A stretch of 24,527 nt of DNA from Prevotella sp. (GCA_031285625.1 JAITVV010000019.1:1-24527); one strand, 5' to 3'; numbered from the stretch's first letter, positions 1 to 9,046 are shown. The notes: generated by a model not told the origin, from the sequence alone. A program made the numbers and translations.

Positions 1-690
1 TATGATTTTGAAGATCCATTGGGACGAAAAAACTGGTCAAAAATGTTTGTATCTAAACTATTAGAGACAGGAAAAGGCAATTGCCATTCATTACCTTACC
101 TGTACAAGATTCTTGCAGATGAATTGAATATACCCTGCAATTTAGCCTTTGCGCCCAATCATATTTATATCAAACTCTTTTCCGAAAAAACAGGCTGGTA
201 TAATACCGAACTGACAAACGGATCATTCCCCATCGACGCATGGGTTATGGCTTCGGGATATGTCACAATAGACGCTATACGCAATAGCCTGTACATGGAT
301 ACCCTGAGCAATAAACAGGCTGTGGCTAATTGTTTGCTCGATCTGGCTTTAGGGTATCAGCACAAGTACGGAAAGGATAACCCTGATTTTGTAGTAATGT
401 GCTGCAATACGGTTTTACAATACCATCCGTCCAATGCGAATGCCATGCTGACTAAAGCCGAAGCGCAGAAGCATTATATCCATTCACTGATGAAGGAACG
501 GAAGCTAAAGAAACCGGATGCCCTTTTTTCAGATCCGGCCATAAAAGAGATGTACGCGGAAATGGAAGCTACCTATATAGGACTGCATAAATCCGGATAT
601 CGTCAAATGCCGGAAGAAATGTATATGCAATGGTTGAATATGCTCAATGAGGAACCGGGTAAATATATGAATCAAAGATTGAAAAAATAA
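1..690 (+). CDS. Transglutaminase-like (SirB1/Transglut_core2-type) protein with TPR-like helical C-terminus; 5'-truncated by window edge
   Basis: Frame is open from base 1 (YDFEDPLGRKNW...). Motifs LLETGKGNCHSLPYLY, APNHIYIK and WYNTELT give a Cys-His-acid arrangement typical of transglutaminase-like folds. Confidence 0.65.
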   Translation, partial: YDFEDPLGRKNWSKMFVSKLLETGKGNCHSLPYLYKILADELNIPCNLAFAPNHIYIKLFSEKTGWYNTELTNGSFPIDAWVMASGYVTIDAIRNSLYMDTLSNKQAVANCLLDLALGYQHKYGKDNPDFVVMCCNTVLQYHPSNANAMLTKAEAQKHYIHSLMKERKLKKPDALFSDPAIKEMYAEMEATYIGLHKSGYRQMPEEMYMQWLNMLNEEPGKYMNQRLKK

Positions 691-732
691 TTAATCAGGT
701 TATAAATGAGTAAATGGTATATGTACCGAAAG

Positions 733-1001
733 CTACATCTTATCCGATTGGATATTCTCTTCTGACGGATTACAATGAGCCATAGAAACGGCCAGCTCAA
801 TAGCCTTGCCAATTTCATCCGGATTGGTCTTCTCCGGATTGAAAATAATATGCAGTATACCATCTGCTTCAATGAAAACCGAGCCGTATACCCCGGCTAC
901 ACACAAAGCAGCCAATTCTATTCTATAATAGTTTTGTCCTGTTCGCACATCTGCCCGATTTCCATAAATACATATTCCGAGCATCTGAAGATTGTTTCCA
1001 T
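733..1001 (-). pseudogene. Heavy-metal-associated (HMA)-like small protein, frameshifted by a 5-bp tandem duplication
   Basis: ATG at 1001 (minus strand) follows A-rich AATTAAATC. Removing one copy of TTCTA at 916-925 gives an 87-aa ORF, METIFRCSEYVFMEIGQMCEQDKTIIELAALCVAGV...LHIIFNPEKTNPDEIGKAIE, matching the HMA domain pattern. Confidence 0.55.
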
Positions 1002-1021
1002 GATTTAATTCAATCAAGGTC

Positions 1022-1043
1022 AGCAGGAGCCCACTCTCCTGCT
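1022..1043. promoter_or_regulatory. Stem-loop in the leader of the HMA-like gene
   Basis: AGCAGGAG-cccact-CTCCTGCT, perfect 8-bp stem. Confidence 0.4.
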
Positions 1044-1202
1044 TTCTGGAATTAACAAATAAGGACATCTATTGTTTAAGCGCTTGAACTGAAATACAAT
1101 GGAAACGGCATATTCTAATGTTATATAAGTGATTATAAATACCGCTCCCGGTTTTAACAAAGAAATGTGGGAACCATACCCGTGAATCTATCCGGATTTT
1201 AT

Positions 1203-1210
1203 TACTTTTG
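1203..1210 (+). promoter_or_regulatory. Bacteroidota housekeeping promoter -7 element for the 91-aa ORF
   Basis: TACTTTTG(C) matches TAnnTTTG, 46 nt upstream of ATG 1257. Confidence 0.55.
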
Positions 1211-1229
1211 CGGCACAAATAGCTATTTT

Positions 1230-1528
1230 AATATTAAAATCTATTCATAGAAAAAAATGGATAAGGATACAGGTTCCTTTAAAACGGAAGCGCTGGCAGG
1301 GGTAGTTTTCAGACTGTTAAAAGAGCATCGCCTGCTGGCGGATTTTGAAATGAAAAGGGATGTGGACAGATACGGGTACAGCAACCCGGTAGCCACATCT
1401 TTCCCTACAGTGGCAGACGCTATCGCTTTCTTCAGTCAGTTCGATGAACCGGAAGGATTGGACCTCCATCACAGCCGCTTTACCCAATATGCCAATGCCA
1501 TAATGTTCGAGATCACACTGAAATTAAT
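1230..1528 (+). repeat. Diverged direct repeat, copy 1 (copy 2 at 14568-14850)
   Basis: Alignable from AATATTAAAATCTATT through CACTGAAATTAAT. Long shared stretches include GAAAAGGGATGTGGACAGATACGGGTACAGCAACC and AGCCGCTTTACCCAATATGCCAATGC. Confidence 0.95.
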
Positions 1529-1532
1529 ATAA
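1257..1532 (+). CDS. Hypothetical protein (91 aa)
   Basis: ORF with upstream promoter and A-rich start context. Several differences from the paralogous copy are synonymous, which supports coding status. Confidence 0.7.
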   Translation: MDKDTGSFKTEALAGVVFRLLKEHRLLADFEMKRDVDRYGYSNPVATSFPTVADAIAFFSQFDEPEGLDLHHSRFTQYANAIMFEITLKLI

Positions 1533-1773
1533 CGATTTATTGATATCCGTGTATTTTCATTGGTATTGCAGCAATGTCATTATTAATTGAAAAAATGAAT
1601 ATCCGTAACAACACCTATAAATCATGTAATTATCTATAAAACAGAATATTGTAGACAATTTAACAAATACATTAATATTGTTCATTACCAAATAGTTAGA
1701 TAAGATTTTAGGTAAGAATGCGGATACTCATTTTGAAAAATATGTACTTCCAGAATTTATATTTATCTTTGGA

Positions 1774-1804
1774 TTGTTATTGTATTTATAATATTATATC
1801 TTTG
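1774..1804 (+). promoter_or_regulatory. Bacteroidota housekeeping promoter of the toxin-antitoxin operon
   Basis: TTG (1774-1776), 20-nt spacer, TATCTTTG (1797-1804) followed by CA. Confidence 0.65.
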
Positions 1805-1870
1805 CAATCTCTATATTTGGGCAAACTCACTTAAAATGCAATAGTTACATCCGGATAATTTATAGTCGAT

Positions 1871-2434
1871 ATGAAAACTAATGATGAAATATTAAAAATC
1901 AAGGCTACCGCTCTTTATATACTGAAAAGTTTTACGGATGGTGTTGATTTCATAAAGCTGTTTAAAATCATGTATTTTGCCCAGCAGGAAAATCTTGTTA
2001 AATATGGCAGGCCAATATTTAATGATACTTTTCACGCACTGAAACACGGACCTGTACCAACGTTCCTTTACAAATGCATTCAGGCGCTTGAAGGCCGCGG
2101 GGTGCAAATGGATGTTTCCGATATGTTTAACAAGGCTCTGAAAGTGCAAGAAGCAAAAGTATTCTTATTAGAAGAGCCTGATACGGATGAACTGTCAAAA
2201 GCAGAACTTCGTATCCTGGATAATGCTGTTAATAAATATAAAGACATTCCATCCTACACACTTTCGGGTAAATCACATGACAAGGCTTGGAGAGAAGCTT
2301 ATACACGGGCGCAGGATGACCCTGAAAAAGACAGGATATCACTTATTGAAATTGCAAGAGCTGGAAATGCAAATAATGATATCGTAAAATATATCAGGGA
2401 AAAAGAGCAACTTAAAAGAACACTGACATTGTGA
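1871..2434 (+). CDS. Panacea domain (DUF4065/SocA-like) antitoxin
   Basis: KLFKIMYFAQ...YGRPIFNDTFHALKHGPVP, ELSKAELRILD and LSGKSHDKAW are the hallmark DUF4065 motifs. Confidence 0.88.
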   Translation: MKTNDEILKIKATALYILKSFTDGVDFIKLFKIMYFAQQENLVKYGRPIFNDTFHALKHGPVPTFLYKCIQALEGRGVQMDVSDMFNKALKVQEAKVFLLEEPDTDELSKAELRILDNAVNKYKDIPSYTLSGKSHDKAWREAYTRAQDDPEKDRISLIEIARAGNANNDIVKYIREKEQLKRTLTL

Positions 2435-2988
2435 AAGATGGAATGAAGGAGCAGTTAGAAAAATTGCTCACAGGGCTCAAAAAGAAAGGTGAATCAAAAG
2501 AAGAAAAGAAGGGTAAACATAACACAAAAAAGAAAAAAAGGCCTCAGGGAATTCCGATAAAAGACACTTCTTATCAAACCGGCAAAATATTGGAAATGAG
2601 ACTTGATGAATCGGATGGTATTGTTCCAAAGGATGGCTATGAGTCCCGAAGAAAATATTTCGTTGTTTTAGGAGAATATAAAAATGACAGTGTTATCGGT
2701 GTTTTTCTTATAAACAGTGATGTCAATAAAAATTCAATAAACACCAAAGAACTTATTGATTGCCAATTTCCTCTAAAAGAGGCTGACTACGAAACAATAT
2801 TGGATTATGACAGTTATCTGGATTGTAGCGAGATTATGGAACTTAGCAAAATTAAGATAAATACCTTGGGCGCTGAACTAGGGCAGCTAACCGATTCGGA
2901 TAAAGGTTTAGTAATCGATACAATAGAAAAATCCGAAGTCATTCCTCCTAAACAGAAAAGAAAATTCGGTTTCGAAGATAAATCTTAA
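2431..2988 (+). CDS. Putative PemK/MazF-fold toxin with Lys-rich N-terminal extension
   Basis: GTGA overlap with the antitoxin stop. RRKYFVVLG...VFLINS...LDYDSYLDCSEIMEL...LGQLTDSD follows the PemK/MazF pattern (RPxVV; L..DS....Q; G.L). Confidence 0.6.
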   Translation: MKDGMKEQLEKLLTGLKKKGESKEEKKGKHNTKKKKRPQGIPIKDTSYQTGKILEMRLDESDGIVPKDGYESRRKYFVVLGEYKNDSVIGVFLINSDVNKNSINTKELIDCQFPLKEADYETILDYDSYLDCSEIMELSKIKINTLGAELGQLTDSDKGLVIDTIEKSEVIPPKQKRKFGFEDKS

Positions 2989-3153
2989 TTGATTTTATAT
3001 ATCATGCTCTCATAAGTAACTATTCAGTGAATAATAAAATTTTAAAATGCTAATATTCAACATATTACAAAATCATCGATTCATCTGTTTCAAGAATAAC
3101 CCTGCGTAAAATCTTGGCTCTCTCTTTTAAATACATCCACAGGATGTTTTTCG

Positions 3154-3305
3154 GGTGGTGATGTAAAAAGTATGCTGGTCATTTTTTGTAGTTATCTCAG
3201 GCACAAGAAGACCTCGTTAGACAATTGTTTCAGGCATATTTACTGTTGGCTTTATACAGTAATTTAGACTTCTTTGATAGGTAGCATACTTTTTACATCA
3301 CCACC
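3154..3305. mobile_element. 152-bp MITE, IS1-family-like ends
   Basis: Perfect 23-bp terminal inverted repeats GGTGGTGATGTAAAAAGTATGCT (3154-3176, 3283-3305), flanked by the 8-bp direct repeat GTTTTTCG (3146-3153, 3306-3313). No transposase inside. Confidence 0.88.
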
Positions 3306-3426
3306 GTTTTTCGTAATAAATTGTCTTGTGGTATAATCAAATTATACAGTTCTGAATAATTACTGAATGTAAGAGATTGCTGTTGTGGCAACATAATAGA
3401 GGTTTTAACTACCTCAAGAGACAAAA

Positions 3427-3466
3427 AATAGTGAAAATGAAGCTGTTATTCTTCACTTTCACTATT
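3427..3466. repeat. Inverted repeat / hairpin
   Basis: AATAGTGAAAaTGAAG-ctgttatt-CTTCAcTTTCACTATT, 15 of 16 positions paired. Confidence 0.7.
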
Positions 3467-3483
3467 CAATGTGAAATCCAAAA

Positions 3484-3522
3484 GACTTTTTCAGTGGCCT
3501 CAAACTTCTGAGACACCCCCTC
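3484..3522. mobile_element. Possible orphan IS end (IS1182/IS5-like) next to a REP-like half site
   Basis: GACTTTTTCAGTGGCCTC followed by AAACTTCTGAGACACCCCCTC resembles, from memory, termini of Bacteroidales IS elements. No partner end or transposase seen. Confidence 0.3.
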
Positions 3523-3699
3523 TACAAGTATGTAGAACAGAGACTAAAAATTTCGCACGTTTACCCTAATTAAAATTTAGACATACTTAGTTTTTAATTT
3601 TTTTTAATTATATTGGAGCTCAATAGAGAATAGAGTGATACTCTATCGTATATAACTTGGTTGAATACATTTTCCAATCAGGAATATTCATAATTCATA

Positions 3700-4251
3700 A
3701 TGGATGTTAAGATATTATATGAATTAAAACAGGGAAATGAAAGTGCCTTCGAGACCATTTTCAAAAAATACAATGCAAAAATTTATCATTTTGCCGTGGA
3801 TACATTATACAATAAAAACTTGGCAGAAGACATCACTCAAAATGTTTTCCTATCTGTATGGGAACACAGGTCGGATATTATTCCCGAGAAAAATTTCCAG
3901 GCTTACCTCTATACTATCGCTAAAAACCTGGTATTCAGGGAAACTGAAAAAATGATACTGGCATTCCGTTATGAAGACCACATACATAAAAGCTCTTTAG
4001 GAAAAATAGACTTATCCACGGAAGAAAAAATTATTTCCGATTCTTTGGAAGAAATGCTCTTTCTATTGATCGACCGGCTTCCCACAGCACGAAAAGAAAT
4101 ATTTCTTTTATACTTAAAAGAAGGCTTAAACAACAAGGAAATAGCCCAAAAACTTTCCATCTCTGAAAAAAATGTCGGGATGCAGATCAGGCGTTCTCTG
4201 GACTATATCCGCAAGTATCTTAAGGATTATATTACTTTTTTGTTTTTTTAA
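3700..4251 (+). CDS. ECF-type RNA polymerase sigma-70 factor (Bacteroidota PUL-associated)
   Basis: GNESAFETIFKKY, AEDITQNVFLSVW and FQAYLYTIAKN (region 2); LPTARKEIF...GLNNKEIAQKLSISEKNV (region 4 HTH). Confidence 0.95.
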   Translation: MDVKILYELKQGNESAFETIFKKYNAKIYHFAVDTLYNKNLAEDITQNVFLSVWEHRSDIIPEKNFQAYLYTIAKNLVFRETEKMILAFRYEDHIHKSSLGKIDLSTEEKIISDSLEEMLFLLIDRLPTARKEIFLLYLKEGLNNKEIAQKLSISEKNVGMQIRRSLDYIRKYLKDYITFLFF

Positions 4252-4338
4252 CAAATAGTTAAAATATATTAAAATAGCTATTTATTGTTAGGCAAATGCC
4301 ATGTTCGCGTATATTATATAAAGTAGCATCAGGATGAA

Positions 4339-5337
4339 ATGAAAGACGAGTTAACCTTATTGATAGAAAAACTTCTCCGCGGGCAGACGGAAGCCGGGGA
4401 ACTTTCCCGTTTAAAAGAATTATTTATACAAGCGGAGGCAAAAGACATGCTTTCTGATTTATATGACAAAAAATGGGAACAAGCAGCCTCTGATTCTGAA
4501 AAAGACGTAGAAGAGCGAATCTGGTCGAAACTGCATAAACAAATACAATCAGAGCCTGTCGGAAATTTAGCTGTGCCTGTGAAATATTCCCTACTGCAAA
4601 AAGGATTACGCATAGCGGCCTCTGTATTGATTCCTTTATTCTGTATCGGGTTGGGGTATTTCGCATCGGAAAATAAAGGTACACGGGGAAATGATAAAAT
4701 AACCGTCCGGGCAGAAGCCGGACAAAAGGCTGGTATACAGTTGCCTGATGGATCATCTATCCTCCTGAATTCGTCCAGTTCACTGACATATGACGGGTCT
4801 TTTAATAATAAAGAGCGGATTGTTTACCTGCAGGGAGAGGCCTATTTCGAAGTAAACAAGGATAAAGCCCGCCCCTTTATCGTGAAAGTGAATGATATTT
4901 CCGTCGAAGCATTGGGCACAAGTTTCGATGTCAAGGCCTACCCTGATGATAATTATATCATGGCAACACTGATAGAAGGGAGCATCCGTGTAAAATCCCC
5001 CTATCAATCGGAAGTTCTGTTTTCCAACGAGAAGCTGACGCTTTCTAAAAGCAACGGGGCATTTACCAAAAACTCATTGCCGGACGCGGCAAAAAATATC
5101 TCATGGATAGATAACCGGTTGGCATTCGAACAGGAACCTCTGGGAAATATAGCCAAGATACTGGAACGGATGTATAGCATCCGGATAATATTCGCTTCGG
5201 ATGAATTGAAGGATATCCGTTTTTCGGGAGTGATCAATAATAATAGTCTGGATAATGTATTGCAATTAATCACGCTTGTTTCTCCGGTTAGCTATTCCAG
5301 GAAAAATAACGCAACTATCATTATCCATAGTAAGTAA
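4339..5337 (+). CDS. fecR: FecR-family anti-sigma factor
   Basis: Single TM segment (IAASVLIPLFCIGLGY), LPDGSSILLNSSSSL, LQGEAYFEV and VEALGTSFDV motifs; lies directly after the ECF sigma. Confidence 0.95.
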   Translation: MKDELTLLIEKLLRGQTEAGELSRLKELFIQAEAKDMLSDLYDKKWEQAASDSEKDVEERIWSKLHKQIQSEPVGNLAVPVKYSLLQKGLRIAASVLIPLFCIGLGYFASENKGTRGNDKITVRAEAGQKAGIQLPDGSSILLNSSSSLTYDGSFNNKERIVYLQGEAYFEVNKDKARPFIVKVNDISVEALGTSFDVKAYPDDNYIMATLIEGSIRVKSPYQSEVLFSNEKLTLSKSNGAFTKNSLPDAAKNISWIDNRLAFEQEPLGNIAKILERMYSIRIIFASDELKDIRFSGVINNNSLDNVLQLITLVSPVSYSRKNNATIIIHSK

Positions 5338-5380
5338 CCTAAATAATCTAAAGATATGGATACATCATAATAACCTACCA

Positions 5381-5414
5381 TAAAAACGGAATAATGTTGA
5401 CGCATTATTCCGTT
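5381..5414 (-). terminator. Intrinsic terminator on the minus strand (hairpin in the fecR-susC spacer)
   Basis: AACGGAATAATG-ttgacg-CATTATTCCGTT (5385-5414). The A-run at 5382-5386 reads as a U-tract on the minus strand. Confidence 0.7.
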
Positions 5415-5497
5415 CACTGCAGATGGTTAGTCTCATAATATACATAAAACGTCATTGAGGAAATATTCTTCAAGAGGGTGTTTTATGTCCAGTCTGC
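5381..5497 (-). ncRNA. Predicted cis-antisense sRNA in the susC leader (DonS-like), about 115 nt; ends approximate
   Basis: Bounded by a consensus minus-strand promoter (5502-5534) and a minus-strand terminator (5381-5414). Confidence 0.55.
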
Positions 5498-5501
5498 ACA
5501 A

Positions 5502-5534
5502 CAAAGATAATAAAATATCAATAAGAATACCAAA
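5502..5534 (-). promoter_or_regulatory. Antisense Bacteroidota housekeeping promoter just upstream of the susC start
   Basis: Minus strand reads TTTG (5534-5531), N21, TATCTTTG (5509-5502), a full match to TTTG-N19-21-TAnnTTTG. Confidence 0.75.
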
Positions 5535-5545
5535 TAGTTAACCAT

Positions 5546-8500
5546 ATGAAAAACATAAAAAAAGCCATTGGTTGCTTGTTGCTGCTCCTTTTTGTTGCAG
5601 CTTACCAAACATCCGTCTTCGCGCAGATTACGGTTTCGGTTAAAAACACTAAAATAAGACAGATCATCCAGCAACTGGAAAAGAGTAGCGGATATAGTTT
5701 TTTCTATAGTGATGATTATATAGACCTGGATAAGATAATCAGTGTGGATATAAAAAATGAAAATATAGAGTCCGCTCTGAACCGGATATTCAAGGATACG
5801 AATATAAAATATGCTGTCGGTGAAAATAAGCAGGTTATATTGGCCGACGGCAAGCAGAATAATGAAAGAGTAAGACCGCTTGTTATGTCTCAGAAGAAAA
5901 TAACCGGTATTATCAAGGATGAAAAGGGTGAACCCGTTATCGGGGCTTCCGTCACGGTAAAAGGTACCACTACCGGTACAATTAGTGATATCGATGGCTC
6001 GTTTTCTTTGGATGTTCCGCAAAATGCTACGCTAATCATATCATATCTCGGTTTTTTGCCTGAGGAAATTAAGGTAGGGGATAAAACTGTATTGGATATT
6101 ATCCTCGAAGAAAACACCCAGACTTTGGATGAAATTGTCGTTGTCGGTTATGGCGTACAGAAGAAAATAAACCTGTCGGGCGCGGTACAGGCTGTCGGTG
6201 CTGAAGCATTGGCAAGCCGCCCTATATCCAATGTCGGCTCGGGACTCCAGGGTATGGTTCCCAATTTGAATATTACGGTAAATAGCGGCCGGGCCGATGA
6301 CGCGCCTATTCTTAACATACGAGGATTTACATCAATAAATGATACGAATGGCGAGGCTTTTGTTCTGGTTGACAATATGCCTGTAACCCGGGAAGAGTTA
6401 GCTCGCCTGAACCCCGATGATATAGCTAATGTATCGGTACTTAAAGACGCGTCGGCCGCGGCGATATACGGGGCGCGTGCTGCATTTGGAGTAGTATTGA
6501 TTACTACCAGAAGCGCACAGGACGGTAAATTACAAATTAACTTCAGTGGAAACTATGCTTTGAGGGACAGGGGGATCGCTCCTGGTATAGAAACCGATGT
6601 AGAAACTGTGATGAATATGAAAAGTGCTGCCAGATACCCGTTATCTGCCATATTCAGTCCTCAACAGCTTGAATATGCAAAACAGATCACAGCTAACCCG
6701 GGTATCGATAGAACTATCGTAGATCCGACCAATCCGAATGTGTGGCAATATTATGGACAAACAGACTGGTTTGACGAAACCCATAAAAACACGGCGGCAA
6801 CATATACTGCCAACCTGAACATCTCGAAGAAAACGGATAACCTTTCCTACTATGTATCAGGCGGCTATTATAAACAAGACGGATTATTGAAATATGGAAA
6901 TGATATACTGAACAGGTACAATATCCGCTCAAAGGCTGATGTAAAATTGACAAATTGGTGGAATCTGGGCGCTAATCTAACATATACGCATATAAATTAT
7001 GATTCGCCGTCATTTCTGGATGGTTATTTTTATTGGCAGGTAAACAGAACCAGTTCCCTGGATGTGCCTAAAAATCCTGATGGAACATGGACAACCGCCG
7101 GAGCGACACTGCTCGGGGTGCTAAATGAAGGAGGACGCCGTAAAGACCGTACCAATGAAACACAAGTATCTATTACCACCCAGTTTGATATTGTCAAGGA
7201 TATATGGAAAGTTAACGCGGATATAAACTTCAGACGGACAAACAAAACCCGGGATAAGGAAAACCTTGCCGTCAAATACCGTACAGGGCCAAACCAACCT
7301 ATTCTCCAGACTTTTGGCGAGAGGGGCGGCAGTGGTAACAATTCAGTAAACAATATAGCCTACTATAGCTGGGAAGATATGTACAGCGTATACAACATAT
7401 ATACAAATTTTACGAAGACATTTGCAGGTAAGCATTATTTTAATTCCATGCTGGGATACAACAGGGAATTTCAAACAAGATACTATTATTCAACTGTTAA
7501 AACCGGTTTGATCACACCGGCCCTGCCCGAAATCAACTTGTCAACGGGTGATGTCACTGCGACCAATACCCGTAGGGAATTGGCATTGGAGGGCATATTC
7601 GGCAGGCTGAACTACATATATGATAACCGTTACATATTCGAAATGAACGGACGTTATGACGGATCTTCACGTTTTCTGAAAGGTGACCGCTATGGATTTT
7701 TCCCATCAGCATCAGTAGCATGGTCTGTAATCAATGAGCCGTTTTTCAGGGCGCCGGCCGAAAAACTTCATATGACCAATCTGAAATTCAGGGGGTCTTA
7801 CGGAGCCTTGGGAAACCAGGCATTAGCAGACTATTATCCGGCCATACCTTACATGACGGGAAGTAAAATGTCATACATTCTGGATGGGGCCCAACCTATT
7901 ATGATGGGCCAGCCCGGAGTTGTTTCTCCTACTCTGACCTGGGAAAAAGTCAGGACCGTCAATTTTGGAGTGGACCTCGGTTTATTCAACAAGTTTGATC
8001 TCAACTTCGATGTATACAGCCGTTATACTGACGATATGTTGACACAAAGCAAAGAACTGCCTGCTGTTTTCGGTGCAACTCCTCCAAAAACAAATGCGGC
8101 GGACCTGAAAACAAACGGTTGGGAATTATCATTGGCTTATAGGGACAAATTCACAGTGAAAGGATCTCCCCTGAACTGGTCTGTTAAGTTTATGATCTCT
8201 GACAGCCAATCCAAAATTACCAAATATGATAATCCGACATATAATTTCGGGAAGGACGGAAACTCCTATTACGAAGGGAAGAAAATTGGGGAAATCTGGG
8301 GATTTACAACGGATGGATATTTCAAAACACAGGAAGAGGCTGACGCTTTAAACCAAAGGGAGATTGGTACCGATGATGTAGGATACGTATTTCAGGTGGG
8401 AGATATTAAGATGAAAGACCTCGACGGTGATAAAAAAATCTCGTTTGGAGATAATACACTGGAAAAACCCGGCGACAGGAAAGTTATCGGGAATACTTCT

Positions 8501-9016
8501 GCCCGTTATCCATACAGTTTTGAACTTTCCGCGGACTGGAAAGGATTCGACATACGCGCGTTTTTTCAGGGTGTAGGTAAACGCGACTGGTATCCGGGAG
8601 CTGCCAGTATCTACTTCTGGGGAGTTTACGCACAGCCTTGGACTAACGTTACCACCAAAAATATGGATCATTGGACTGAAGATAATCCGAATGCCTATTT
8701 TCCAAGGGTAAAAGCTTATGCGGCCGAAGACGGCAATATGGAATTGGCTGCCGCGCAGACAAAGTATTTGCAGGATGCCTCTTACCTGCGCCTGAAGAAT
8801 TTAACTATTGGCTATTCTATACCGAAGAATATTTTGAAAAGCCTGAATATTTCTTATTTACGCTTTTATTTCAGTGCGGAGAACCTCTTTACTGTTAGTC
8901 ATCTGGATAAAGGGATTGACTTGGACCCTGAAATTATCGACCGGTATAATGGATTTAACAGTGGAACATATCCAATGCAACGTATATATTCTATCGGGGC
9001 AAATCTGACTTTCTGA
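5546..9016 (+). CDS. susC: SusC/RagA TonB-dependent transducer with N-terminal signalling (STN-like) extension
   Basis: Signal peptide; STN-like LEKSSGYSFFYS; CarboxypepD-like GEPVIGASVTVKGTT; LDEIVVVGYGVQKK; VLKDASAAAIYGARAAFGVVLITT; C-terminal GANLTF. Confidence 0.97.
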   Translation: MKNIKKAIGCLLLLLFVAAYQTSVFAQITVSVKNTKIRQIIQQLEKSSGYSFFYSDDYIDLDKIISVDIKNENIESALNRIFKDTNIKYAVGENKQVILADGKQNNERVRPLVMSQKKITGIIKDEKGEPVIGASVTVKGTTTGTISDIDGSFSLDVPQNATLIISYLGFLPEEIKVGDKTVLDIILEENTQTLDEIVVVGYGVQKKINLSGAVQAVGAEALASRPISNVGSGLQGMVPNLNITVNSGRADDAPILNIRGFTSINDTNGEAFVLVDNMPVTREELARLNPDDIANVSVLKDASAAAIYGARAAFGVVLITTRSAQDGKLQINFSGNYALRDRGIAPGIETDVETVMNMKSAARYPLSAIFSPQQLEYAKQITANPGIDRTIVDPTNPNVWQYYGQTDWFDETHKNTAATYTANLNISKKTDNLSYYVSGGYYKQDGLLKYGNDILNRYNIRSKADVKLTNWWNLGANLTYTHINYDSPSFLDGYFYWQVNRTSSLDVPKNPDGTWTTAGATLLGVLNEGGRRKDRTNETQVSITTQFDIVKDIWKVNADINFRRTNKTRDKENLAVKYRTGPNQPILQTFGERGGSGNNSVNNIAYYSWEDMYSVYNIYTNFTKTFAGKHYFNSMLGYNREFQTRYYYSTVKTGLITPALPEINLSTGDVTATNTRRELALEGIFGRLNYIYDNRYIFEMNGRYDGSSRFLKGDRYGFFPSASVAWSVINEPFFRAPAEKLHMTNLKFRGSYGALGNQALADYYPAIPYMTGSKMSYILDGAQPIMMGQPGVVSPTLTWEKVRTVNFGVDLGLFNKFDLNFDVYSRYTDDMLTQSKELPAVFGATPPKTNAADLKTNGWELSLAYRDKFTVKGSPLNWSVKFMISDSQSKITKYDNPTYNFGKDGNSYYEGKKIGEIWGFTTDGYFKTQEEADALNQREIGTDDVGYVFQVGDIKMKDLDGDKKISFGDNTLEKPGDRKVIGNTSARYPYSFELSADWKGFDIRAFFQGVGKRDWYPGAASIYFWGVYAQPWTNVTTKNMDHWTEDNPNAYFPRVKAYAAEDGNMELAAAQTKYLQDASYLRLKNLTIGYSIPKNILKSLNISYLRFYFSAENLFTVSHLDKGIDLDPEIIDRYNGFNSGTYPMQRIYSIGANLTF

Positions 9017-9046
9017 CACATAATTAATCAAGTAAAATGCATAAAT

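Noticed and set aside
733-1068. 111-aa minus-strand ORF as an intact gene, plus overlapping ORFs 672-872 and 775-1008
   Set aside because: Better explained as the frameshifted HMA-like gene starting at 1001. The others look like shadow frames.
3154-3305. Invertible promoter (phase-variation switch)
   Set aside because: The flanking 8-bp direct repeat and IS1-like ends fit transposition better, and I found no TAnnTTTG box in the core.
4285-4320. Possible ECF-dependent promoter upstream of fecR
   Set aside because: The position is plausible, but I cannot define the consensus for this sigma factor from a single site.
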